In this document: positions 47,701 to 53,817 of the stretch, piece after piece
Numbering within the stretch: the first letter of the stretch is position 1
Layout of the letters: each line of letters starts with the position of its first letter
Source: a virus
Taxonomy: Duplodnaviria > Caudoviricetes
Reading direction: 5' to 3' (one strand)
IMG/VR virus record: IMGVR_UViG_3300037575_000020
Location: 1-55,316 of that record
Length of the DNA: 55,316 bases
Program-made: the position numbers and the translations under genes
The notes under the pieces: generated by a model
Database searches by the model: none
Seen by the model: the letters and a program-made list of their open reading frames with translations, nothing else
Told to the model about the DNA's origin: nothing

Positions 47701-50700
47701 GATCAAAAATGTTAGAGATATTTATGACAGTCACGAATTGGCTAGTCAGGTTATCTTTATGGATCAAGGGTACGGAACCAAAGCAAAACGCAGTGGTGGC
47801 CGTAACGCACAAGGCGAGAAAAACCCAGACATCACCGTTGATATATTCTCACCAGTGCTGGATTTGGTGGAACGATTGGTTCAGTCTGGCATACCGCGAG
47901 AGCAGATAGCAGTGGTCAGCGGTAAAACCAAGAAGGAGGAGCGCAGTAGAATTGCAGCCGCCATGAACACCGGTGAGATTCGCGTTGTGATTGGTAGCAC
48001 GCAAACGCTAGGCGTCGGTGTGAACATGCAGCGCAACTTGCGCGCCATGCACCACATGGACGCCCCTTATATGCCTGGTGAGTTAGAGCAGCGTAACGGA
48101 CGTGGCCAGCGACAGGGGAACCAATGGAATACGGTTTTAGAATACCGCTATATGACTGACCGCTTGGACGGTAAGCGCTGGCAGATACTCGCGGTCAAGC
48201 AGCGCTTTATCACCGCCTTTATGAAAGCGAAAGGTAACGCTCGTACAATCGAGGGTGATGCAGTAGAGGAAGAAAGCGATATTTTAGAGTCGTTCTCAGA
48301 AGCCGCTGGTGATCCGCGTATTTTGCAGCGCGTCAAACTACAGAAAAAGCAGGACCAACTAAACAGTAAAGAGCGCTTATACACTCGCGGCATTGCTGAC
48401 ATGCGTAGAGAAATCCGCACGCAAACAGAGCTTGCAGTTAATAACCAGGCAGCACTCGATGCAATCAATCCTCAAGCGGTTGAAGATGCACTTGCCAGCC
48501 AGCGCGACAACTTTAATGTAACTATTGATGGTAAAACCTACGATAAGCGCGCTGATGCTACAGCAGCACTAGATGAATACATTAAGAAAAATGTCAGACT
48601 TGGTGACCCATTAACCAAGGTTGGGAGTTATGCTGGCACGCCTATGTCAATAGTGTTTAAGCATGGCGCACCTAATCCTGAGTTGGTGCTAACAATGGGC
48701 GGCCAGACATTTAGCGGCAAGGGCATTACTGGCTTAGAGTCAGTCATGCGCAATCTACCTAAGCAAATAGAGAAGAAGCAGGCAAGTATTGAAAAATCAA
48801 AAGCCACGGTTGAGCATTTAAAGAAAGCCGTTACACAGCCATTTACCCAGAAGGCAGAGCTTGAGCGTGTTGGTAAGCAGATCAAAGCGCTTGAAGCTGA
48901 TTTAGATTTAAACCCAATTCCAGCGCCAGTATGGTTGCGTCAAGGTGCGCCAATGGATTCTGAGGTTTTCTACGGCAAACAGCCTTTTGTGGTAACTGGT
49001 CATCAATACAGCAAGGACGGTTACTTTGTTGTCGCAGAGGACGATAAAGGCTCAACCACCATTCCTTATCTTGAAGCAAAAGACAGTGTAGGTATGCCGT
49101 TGTACGACGAGCAAGAGTTTATTGCACCTGAGATTGTCACAAAAAAGGATGCTGATAGCCTTACCGAAGAAGATCGCGTACCTGGTACTGAAGAGCCTAA
49201 GTTTTCTAAAACCAATCCAGCCAAAGGATTAACTGGCACTACCAGCCAGCAAGTTATTGGTTTGCTGCAAAATCGTTTTGGTAAAGAGGCAGTCGCCCAG
49301 CTTATCAAGGCTGGCAAGCTACGAGTGCGCACGCTCAATGATTTTGTTGGTAGCAATGGTCGATTACTCATCCCAAACGACGCAGAAGGCTTTTACCATC
49401 AAGGCAAAGTTGTGTTGATTGCTGATAATCTTAAATCTGATACAGCTGTAGCGACACTACTTCATGAGCTTGGCGGTCATGCTGGTATTCAATCGATGCT
49501 TTCAACCCAAACTTACATGGGGCTTATGGAAAACTTCTATGATTTAGTGAAGTCTGGTAACAAGTATGCAGTAAGAGCCAAGCAGCGTGCAGAGGCAAGC
49601 ACCTACAGCGCTAGTGAAGCACGCGATGAATATATCCCATATCTAATTACTGAATATTCGCAAGCGACTGAGCGTGGCGGTCCGCTTGCTGTTATCAAGC
49701 GTTTTGTGAATCGCGTCATGGCTGGCGTGCGCGCATGGGTTCGAGACAATACAGGCGTTCAGTTAAAAATAACGCCTAATGATATAACGCAACTTGCTGA
49801 GCGTATGGTTAAGCGTCTGGCAGAGCAGAGCATGGATAGTGTGACTATTGCTGGCATGGATAATACCGCAGCAATGCCGCAGTACAGTCAGGAATCCACC
49901 AATCAAACAACCACGGCAGCGTTTAAAAAATGGTTTGGTGATAGCAAGGTGGTGGACAGTAATGGCAAGCCGTTAGTTGTTTATCACGGTACAATCAAAT
50001 CATTCAACGAGTTTAATACGACTGATTTTGGTGCGCTGTTGGGTAGAGGGGGTTACTTCACCTCGAATGAGTTAGAAGCGAACAGTTATTCAGGTGGCGG
50101 TACTCGTATCGTGCCAGCTTATCTATCAATAGAAAACCCTTACTATGTTGATTCAGGCTTGGCATCGGTTCCAAGTCGTCAGCAGATGCTAAAAGATGGT
50201 CATGACGGGGTTATCTATAGAGATACGGATGGTAGCGTAAAGTGGGCAGTCGCTCATAAGCCAACGCAGATTAAGTCGGCCACCAACAATATTGGTACGT
50301 TTGATCCATCAAATCCTGATATTCGCTTTAGCCGTCGCTATTCAAACTTAGGTACAGACACAAGCCCAACCACAGCGAAAGAAAAAGCGATTGATGCTGC
50401 TAAGCAGTCAGCAGCTACCGCACTGTCATCTAAGTTTAACTTGAGCTTGTTGCTACGTCGTCATCTAGCCACACCGCTACACGTCGGTATGCTAAACCCA
50501 AGCTTTAAAACCTTCTTTGAAAACGTGCAGTCGCGTATTGCTTACGAGAACAACGAAGCCGGGCGCATACAAGAGTATCTACCTGAGATTTGGGATACCA
50601 AGCTGATGGTAGGCAAGCGCAAAAAAGCAATCGATAAAGTCAGTCGTGCTTTGTTTGATGGCACAATGGCAGATCAGGTGTGGACCGATCCCGAGCTTGA

Positions 50701-53086
50701 GGCAAAATTCAATCTTGATGACAAGCAAAAAGATATGTACCGACGCGCTCGCGCTGCTATTGATTCGTCTGTACTTCACATGACAGTTGATACGCTATCA
50801 TCATTAGCTAAGGGCACCAAGCTGGTTAACATTCATACCATCAATAGATTGAAGCTGGCAGGACTAACCCCTATCGGTCATAACCTGATGATTCAGCAGC
50901 ACATGACGGACGAGCTCAAGAAGTTGGCTCAGTCTGGCAGTATCACGCCAGCCGCAGAGAAGCGTTTGCAAAATCAGTTAGACGGCGTGTTTGACGTGAT
51001 GGATAGTATCGCGGTCAAGTATGACGATCTTGTTGAAAAAGGCTATGCGCCGTTGATGCGATTTGGACACTATGCCGTTGAGGTTCGTGATAAATCCAAC
51101 AATGAGCTGGACTTGTTTGAGCTCTACGAAACCAAAGGCCAACAGCGCAAAGCTATTAAAGAGCTTAAAGAAAAATATGATGAGAATGATTTTGAAGTTG
51201 GCACTGGTACGCTCAATCCTGATGCGTTTAAGCAATTCACAGGCAAAGGTTTATCCCCTGAGACAGTGCAGTTGTTTGCCGCTGAGCTTGGCCTTGATGA
51301 TGACGGTGCCTATCAAGCGTACCTCAAAGTAGCAATCAGCAATCAAAGCGCGCTTAAACGTCTGATTCACCGTAAAAAGGTGCCGGGGTATAGCGAGGAC
51401 TTGCCGCGAGTCTTATCGTCATTCGTCATGAGTAACGCACGCTACAGTGGTCGTGCTCTGTATAATGGCGAGATCGAGAACGCCATACAAAAGATTGAGG
51501 ACGGTAACTTACAAGGTGAAGCGCAGAACGTCTTTGCTAACATGGAAAACCCACAAGAGGAGTTTGCAGGCGTGCGCGGTTTACTCTTCCATTACTATAT
51601 GGGATTTTCTACCGCATTTATGGTGCTTAACTTTACCCAGCCATTTACTCAGACCATACCTAAGCTGACCGCTTATGTTGGCGCAGCGCGTGCGCATAGA
51701 GACATGACACAGGCGCTAGGCATTATCACCAAGTACTCAGGCAAAGCGACATTTGAGTTCGGTAAAAAGGTCACAGGTAATGCTACACCTAGCTGGAAAG
51801 GTTTTGAGGACCACTTGCCAGCATGGGTGAAAAAAGAGGACTACTTACGCATGACTCGTGAGGGTCATCTTGATCCGCAAAATATCTGGATGATTCGAGG
51901 GCTTGAGCGCGGTAAGGCTGGCGTGATTAGCGGTCTATGGGGTAACTTATCGCGTGCCGCTGGTTGGGCCGCTGAGGTGTCAGAGACAATCAACCGTCGT
52001 GGCACTATGATTGCTGCCTTTAAAGTTGCGCAGACGATGGGTGATGCTAAGTTGAAAGCGGAAGGCTTTAACAGTCGCTATGACTTTGCAGTATCGATCA
52101 TTCAACAGACGCAAGGGGTTTATAATAAGGGCAATCGTTCAGGGCTGGCGCGTGGTACTGGTAAGCTTGGACAGTTTGGGCCATTGGTCATGGTGTTTAA
52201 GCAGTTCAGTATTAATTATGCTGAGCAGATGATTCGTCACGGGCGCGATAAAGAGGTTAAATCAATCGCAGTCGCTATGACGTGGCAGTTCTTATTGGCT
52301 GGCGCGTTAGGCTTGCCATTCACTGATGACTTGCGTGATATTGTAGAGGGCTTGCTATACCGCCTATTTGGTCGTGCAACCAACTTGACCGCATTCCTTC
52401 AGGACGAGCTTGGCAAAGATAATGCCGATGCCCTTATGTACGGCTTACTCAGTGAGAAAACACGCTTTGATATGTATGGTCGCTCAAACATGGGTAACTT
52501 TATCCCTGGTACTGACTTTGCTAGACCAAAAGAGGGCGATTGGGCGGAAGTCATTGGAGCATCAAGCGGATTCTTTGAAAACTTCTTTACCGCAGGCGAT
52601 ATGATCACCAAAGGCCAGTATAAAGATGCAGCAGTGATAGCAGCACCGCGTTATGTTCGAGATGCGGCAGCAGGTATTGAGATTTGGAACAATGGCGCTT
52701 ACCGCAACCAAAAAGGCGATAAGGTGATGGATATGGACCGCACTGATGCTGTCATCAAAGGTGCGTTACAGTTCAACCCAGCGTCCAATGCTAAACAAGG
52801 CCGTGAACGTAGCGAGAAGTACCACATGAAAAACATGGTGCTTGACAAGCAAAATCAGTTTGCTCTACAGTTGACAGAGGCGCTATATCAAGAGGACTAC
52901 GATAGAGTTGACGAGCTTTATAATGACATGGACGCCTGGAACGAACGCAATCCCGAACACTTTAATGTAGATATTGATAAGATTGAAGATTCGGCAGAGC
53001 GTCGTTTGGATAAGAAGGACTTTACCAGCGAGGATCGTCAGAAACTACCGGAGCAGTTAGATGACTATTTCACCGAAAGAGAATAA
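38774..53086 (+). CDS. darB: Giant DarB-like polyvalent virion protein (N6-methyltransferase, SNF2 helicase, metallopeptidase-like, ART-like and PLxRFG regions)
   Basis: EPSMGTG (44363), NYPF (44558), HEVGTGKT (46382), DEVH (46919), QRNGRGQRQG, HELGGH (49463), FKKWFG..YHGT..QIKS (from 49922), PLMRFG (51050). Confidence 0.9.
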   Translation: MSLNDKLFSIASSAVEKQRKTRDSRSAVSKGFDVATNKSYSNEDKKVAAKALREWENKTWKPKVEAKLKQELKARAPHLKPGSPKYNQTYESLFNKNYKDLQAAKAEAQQKIGTLRKPKQTQRELDNEYRTNESIRNDTVGVQAASHAARDTVSAVGGALATGTSRLLRAPLQLAADVGDNDDGGIFDRGAKALESYEDDISNNVYQAYGDIQQNGNFSQKLAVSAVEQVPALAASFGAAGVAAKGVQAVGAGAKATAAASYGVAGASMYPQAYLDGSDSTKDELENATSEQLASAERSQDIYKGMFDKNVKAGMSEDEAHAKARDQTISEIAEESGENVGLATLALSMMAPGVGSFTANRAAGGAVSQWGQKVFNKLAVKADASKVAGAAIPTAVGAGIVGLNVAEEGLQEGYTDLVAQQAAVDVGVKEEIDRAQSTEAVLMGGILGGLMGGGTYIGTRNSKLQQAQDGLKVAQQNYADIASTIPQLQEQITAVSPRSAEGQALITQLEQTKSALNAMASDAESRGIPRTSLARRAPRIDPSNSIDQEFDGQVDGATEIDEQGFDAALNPQGTPAAPVQPVVDSQPSEQELDAQDAQIAELIAEQQALDEAIDDDSAGKPVEESLAAAQAWYDDKRGENKQGLSGVVSRAAAKVEDAAFAEQQQVIAGTGATINDYIASRRAEQAQIDAEIAQVAADAKTERERQAAEQLKQKRDIERAEAEAEIAKRAELAQPYENEAFDTTVVGADGTPFNLARFWDSNMPAAIKAKAIADAFGGQVEQNVAKADWASLPEGVQKQLHQWMTGQLEAVRQRREAQIQPDQAVQEEQNKASISRQLNDSQVASGLTMPVRAEQAPAAPVETDAATQLTDENPTINIPAPVSDTSSVELNNKPSGRHAPTKTYGREPWAFIGENEYGMPIYQSQSGERITQKASGDFLGAETVNPETYKVDPKELAKEHYTVSEVAAARERYQKVQDQNKKQVISAPQQVDALPDGVYKSQPAARAAIKQQKLNPKEASIVKVDNGWELVESTPATRAQARVDSKNADRKEQEADQRSDDTAIPNNDVAIGKDGNAKWFGKQDKAQAFIDKKGISNTHEVVQAGKRFEIQPKAQTSGASKQTSQPTDVSIENRGPDTQELTATGKAKITGQAGWDGNIAKSRDLVRQLHEAGYLSKIETENAFTGGVYTLSEAAKLGLKRQDNPPPVKNIGDNITDKGGREHRLVSVNYNKSGGIDSVSTQYYSEADGKYKSIQERSLGDFWRMFGELDLSSTESEQVKATTAKKPKPLTDEQFAELTSSRTTPSTPTGEQSAPAKRAAAKKGVKENKVFGVAQQYYEPKQERLTVEPGDVKWRDSYSDTNAVIRQLVKKGYLEKSEFDNSNKEHSSLIELAIKGIKAEREAANIAPQATTEKTQNDVAPEPKGRFADNKLFTEDKVAAARARLKSKLTQVNSGLDPEILMDGMTLAGAYIESGVRKFGDYAKMMMSDVGPEIKPYLLTLWNGVRDYPGLDNEGMTNEVDSRAEFNKLMAETEQASEPTTPAKTKHPESIDVGNDKRLFVGENTEGEPIYEDKNGIRSKPEGNFMASEPVGINLGSEGPAYDVSRRADKFKTVEEISENNNDDTEAGTQDQAGAPEVRARGSDPQSGATPADSGDVATEQPTNDSATDEIASAGRPSVRGAGANVADEGSVPSQRNAEIGREGTGDTRTSNARAGKRATDSGTTSPAATKASATDLLIENPLEIVGGTPVQRFNKNREALELLQRLETESRQASPAEQKILAGYIGWGSFGQELFQGSWDHPKYKDEGVWKDRGEWLRETMGESAWKSAQRSITNAHYTDPPTVMAMWAMVERIGFTGGRVLEPSMGTGNFFSMMPAQVQSRSQLTGIELDEMTGSIAKQLFPQSNIQVMGYQESKTPDNFYDVVIGNYPFENTPVADRRYNKLNPMLHDYFFLKSMDQVRPGGLVISITSSGTMDKQNEGIRRELAKQADLVAAIRLPSGAFKDYAGTAVVTDIVILRKRAEKAAIVPEDATWVAVNDYVTPSGETIKLSQYYIDNPQNIIGTIDFGTGTTKFGAGMIVRRPDNMEERLQQAIDLVPENVMQADTTTDHLTYYANTTGERHGSLFSNDAGELMLARGDQMVKAQDVTSYEVKSKATTLDRETQIKDAIDLRQKFTALVDKERAGQEAETERKALKSAYNAFVKNHGSLRDSYALKYMDRVNDPFYYDLAALEQDDGKPAIIMSRSTTRGKAAIKNPSVRDAYVLARNNSVNPTLKEIAALTDKSEQEIRKELKDSGAVFEGPNGDIVPSDIYLSGNVRQKLREAEAALKDGNKAMKDNVASLKAVVPEDVPYFNIETKLGATWIPPEAYQDYIAHMLGKSDADNINVSFLSGRWKVKLGKGMNHAAEARTNYGTHHYHFSALVQAAFSNQVVRITRKIDGEEVYDHEATSEANERIAKIRGDFSEWLWSDPERRTDLEKEYNEARNAWATPKYDGSFLTFEGMALSLGKGEFNLREHQANAIWRAIVNRRSINAHEVGTGKTFTMGGIAIESRRYGIAKKPIIFAHNANSAAVAEEIRMMYPSARVLYVNNLEPKFRDIRLRQIANDDWDVIVMPHSLLDRMTLTEDTLMAMAADDIAALEQEFREAAEEDGENVSKINLDDDESIGKIRSTTAKELAKSRKRIIETIKKQAQQSSKANAVTFEDLGIDMILVDEVHEFKKPPIVTRMKMKGLNTSTSQRSIQMQFLTRYVRQMNNGGNVHTFTGTPITNTITEIYHQMRYVMETEMNEAAVSDWDGWFGSFATETQDVELSSAGDYEMVTRLAGFVNVPELRQMIGQYMDTVFAEDMPEMQPRKTESGKTMGDDLTDLERAHLLNGRTEGAKDRPYKKVINESADMTAEQKRIFAQVQEYAAEWRDADGKTRRKWMKDGDHRSPLIYGRLADTASFDARLLDPDLVGKEGQVPDDENSKTSRVIKNVRDIYDSHELASQVIFMDQGYGTKAKRSGGRNAQGEKNPDITVDIFSPVLDLVERLVQSGIPREQIAVVSGKTKKEERSRIAAAMNTGEIRVVIGSTQTLGVGVNMQRNLRAMHHMDAPYMPGELEQRNGRGQRQGNQWNTVLEYRYMTDRLDGKRWQILAVKQRFITAFMKAKGNARTIEGDAVEEESDILESFSEAAGDPRILQRVKLQKKQDQLNSKERLYTRGIADMRREIRTQTELAVNNQAALDAINPQAVEDALASQRDNFNVTIDGKTYDKRADATAALDEYIKKNVRLGDPLTKVGSYAGTPMSIVFKHGAPNPELVLTMGGQTFSGKGITGLESVMRNLPKQIEKKQASIEKSKATVEHLKKAVTQPFTQKAELERVGKQIKALEADLDLNPIPAPVWLRQGAPMDSEVFYGKQPFVVTGHQYSKDGYFVVAEDDKGSTTIPYLEAKDSVGMPLYDEQEFIAPEIVTKKDADSLTEEDRVPGTEEPKFSKTNPAKGLTGTTSQQVIGLLQNRFGKEAVAQLIKAGKLRVRTLNDFVGSNGRLLIPNDAEGFYHQGKVVLIADNLKSDTAVATLLHELGGHAGIQSMLSTQTYMGLMENFYDLVKSGNKYAVRAKQRAEASTYSASEARDEYIPYLITEYSQATERGGPLAVIKRFVNRVMAGVRAWVRDNTGVQLKITPNDITQLAERMVKRLAEQSMDSVTIAGMDNTAAMPQYSQESTNQTTTAAFKKWFGDSKVVDSNGKPLVVYHGTIKSFNEFNTTDFGALLGRGGYFTSNELEANSYSGGGTRIVPAYLSIENPYYVDSGLASVPSRQQMLKDGHDGVIYRDTDGSVKWAVAHKPTQIKSATNNIGTFDPSNPDIRFSRRYSNLGTDTSPTTAKEKAIDAAKQSAATALSSKFNLSLLLRRHLATPLHVGMLNPSFKTFFENVQSRIAYENNEAGRIQEYLPEIWDTKLMVGKRKKAIDKVSRALFDGTMADQVWTDPELEAKFNLDDKQKDMYRRARAAIDSSVLHMTVDTLSSLAKGTKLVNIHTINRLKLAGLTPIGHNLMIQQHMTDELKKLAQSGSITPAAEKRLQNQLDGVFDVMDSIAVKYDDLVEKGYAPLMRFGHYAVEVRDKSNNELDLFELYETKGQQRKAIKELKEKYDENDFEVGTGTLNPDAFKQFTGKGLSPETVQLFAAELGLDDDGAYQAYLKVAISNQSALKRLIHRKKVPGYSEDLPRVLSSFVMSNARYSGRALYNGEIENAIQKIEDGNLQGEAQNVFANMENPQEEFAGVRGLLFHYYMGFSTAFMVLNFTQPFTQTIPKLTAYVGAARAHRDMTQALGIITKYSGKATFEFGKKVTGNATPSWKGFEDHLPAWVKKEDYLRMTREGHLDPQNIWMIRGLERGKAGVISGLWGNLSRAAGWAAEVSETINRRGTMIAAFKVAQTMGDAKLKAEGFNSRYDFAVSIIQQTQGVYNKGNRSGLARGTGKLGQFGPLVMVFKQFSINYAEQMIRHGRDKEVKSIAVAMTWQFLLAGALGLPFTDDLRDIVEGLLYRLFGRATNLTAFLQDELGKDNADALMYGLLSEKTRFDMYGRSNMGNFIPGTDFARPKEGDWAEVIGASSGFFENFFTAGDMITKGQYKDAAVIAAPRYVRDAAAGIEIWNNGAYRNQKGDKVMDMDRTDAVIKGALQFNPASNAKQGRERSEKYHMKNMVLDKQNQFALQLTEALYQEDYDRVDELYNDMDAWNERNPEHFNVDIDKIEDSAERRLDKKDFTSEDRQKLPEQLDDYFTERE
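43638..43988 (+). CDS. Candidate overprinted gene in the +1 frame of darB (116 aa, helical)
   Basis: Protein-like amphipathic helical sequence spanning a disordered DarB linker and ending where the methyltransferase region begins. Confidence 0.6.
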   Translation: MMTPKQARRIKQERRKYEREEVTHNQELHQQIVETWQQNSPQMTARLTKLQVLDDLAFVVQERMWQTKDQYQASGMPRSDAKEQATREHLMLEPESEQQTAEPLHQPLPKQAQPTY

Positions 53087-53258
53087 CTTGCCAACCAGAC
53101 AAAGTAAGTTTATAGAATATCCAGTGCACTTCATTGTAGGCGCAGTGGATATCTATGTACGACTTGCTATGATTGCTGTGGTTATTGGTATCGCCTTGTC
53201 GATACTTTACACAGTTATCTATTTGCCGCTGGCATGGCTGTATGGTTTGATAGCGTAA
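53061..53258 (+). CDS. Small membrane protein
   Basis: 65 aa with a long hydrophobic C-terminal half, GGAG RBS, followed by a terminator. Confidence 0.45.
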   Translation: MTISPKENNLPTRQSKFIEYPVHFIVGAVDIYVRLAMIAVVIGIALSILYTVIYLPLAWLYGLIA

Positions 53259-53264
53259 ATTATC

Positions 53265-53298
53265 AAAACACCATTTTAGTAGCTAAAATGGTGTTTTT
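53265..53298. terminator. Terminator at the end of the late operon
   Basis: AAAACACCATTTTAG/CTAAAATGGTGTTTT perfect stem. Confidence 0.8.
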
Positions 53299-53344
53299 AG
53301 CAGGGTGGTTGTTGCTTTATGGCAGGGTAAACCTATTCAAATCA

Positions 53345-53374
53345 TTGTTATGCAGGTGTTTATACTGCTATAAT
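53345..53374 (+). promoter_or_regulatory. Extended -10 promoter of the ncRNA unit
   Basis: TTGTTA-18-TATAAT with TGc extension; the predicted +1 near 53381 coincides with the first base of a stem. Confidence 0.7.
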
Positions 53375-53380
53375 TGCTAT

Positions 53381-53738
53381 GCAAGGTTAAGCTGTTAAGC
53401 CGCAGGAACGAGAAACCAGCGGTGAGGTCGGATCGGGGTTACCCGGTTGCCTTGCAAACTTATTCAGTGCAGACTCTAACGTAAAAAGAGAAAGCCTAAT
53501 TGACTGGCAAAGCGCCCGATTAATACCGTAAGTTATAGCAGGTGGTGGAATAAGCAGGCACAAAGCGAAATAGACGTAGAAATCGGCTAGCCACTAGCGA
53601 ATTGTAGATGAAGCTTTAGTGCTGAAGCAGTAGAGGTGTCAAGCGCTTGGCATACAACTCTAGGAATACGGTTAAACTCCGTGCGTCTACCCCAACACCC
53701 AAAAGCCCACTCAGATTATTGAGTGGGCTTTTTTTATT
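53381..53738 (+). ncRNA. Candidate non-coding transcript of about 355 nt with tRNA-like modules
   Basis: Promoter, cloverleaf-like module 53381-53456, structured middle region, cloverleaf 53604-53694 ending in CCA, terminator; no plus-strand ORF of 60 aa or more. Confidence 0.65.
53604..53694 (+). ncRNA. tRNA-like RNA with expanded anticodon loop
   Basis: Acceptor GTAGATG/CGTCTAC, D-stem GCTT/AAGC, stem TAGAG/CTCTA with 22-nt loop, T-arm TACGG-TTAAACT-CCGTG, discriminator C, CCA. Confidence 0.65.
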
Positions 53739-53739
53739 T
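53701..53739. terminator. Bidirectional terminator between the ncRNA unit and integrase
   Basis: AAAAGCCCACTCA/TGAGTGGGCTTTT stem with T-run. Confidence 0.85.
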
Positions 53740-53817
53740 GCGTTCATAAACGCAAAACAGCCGCAGCCCTTATATATCAGCCGGGAGCCATAAGAATCGA
53801 TCAAGCGCAAGGGCGTT

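Noticed and set aside
38802-52611. Other alternative-frame ORFs inside darB (for example 41952-42197, 44130-44339, 43666-44037 minus)
   Set aside because: Shadow-like composition and mostly overlapping conserved domains, unlike 43638-43988.
53381-53738. tmRNA interpretation of the ncRNA unit, based on similar length and a CCA end
   Set aside because: No G3-U70 alanine acceptor, discriminator is C, no recognisable tag reading frame, and the 3' acceptor strand pairs locally rather than with the transcript 5' end.
53616-53810. 64-aa minus-strand ORF after int
   Set aside because: It crosses the bidirectional terminator and the tRNA-like element; no RBS.
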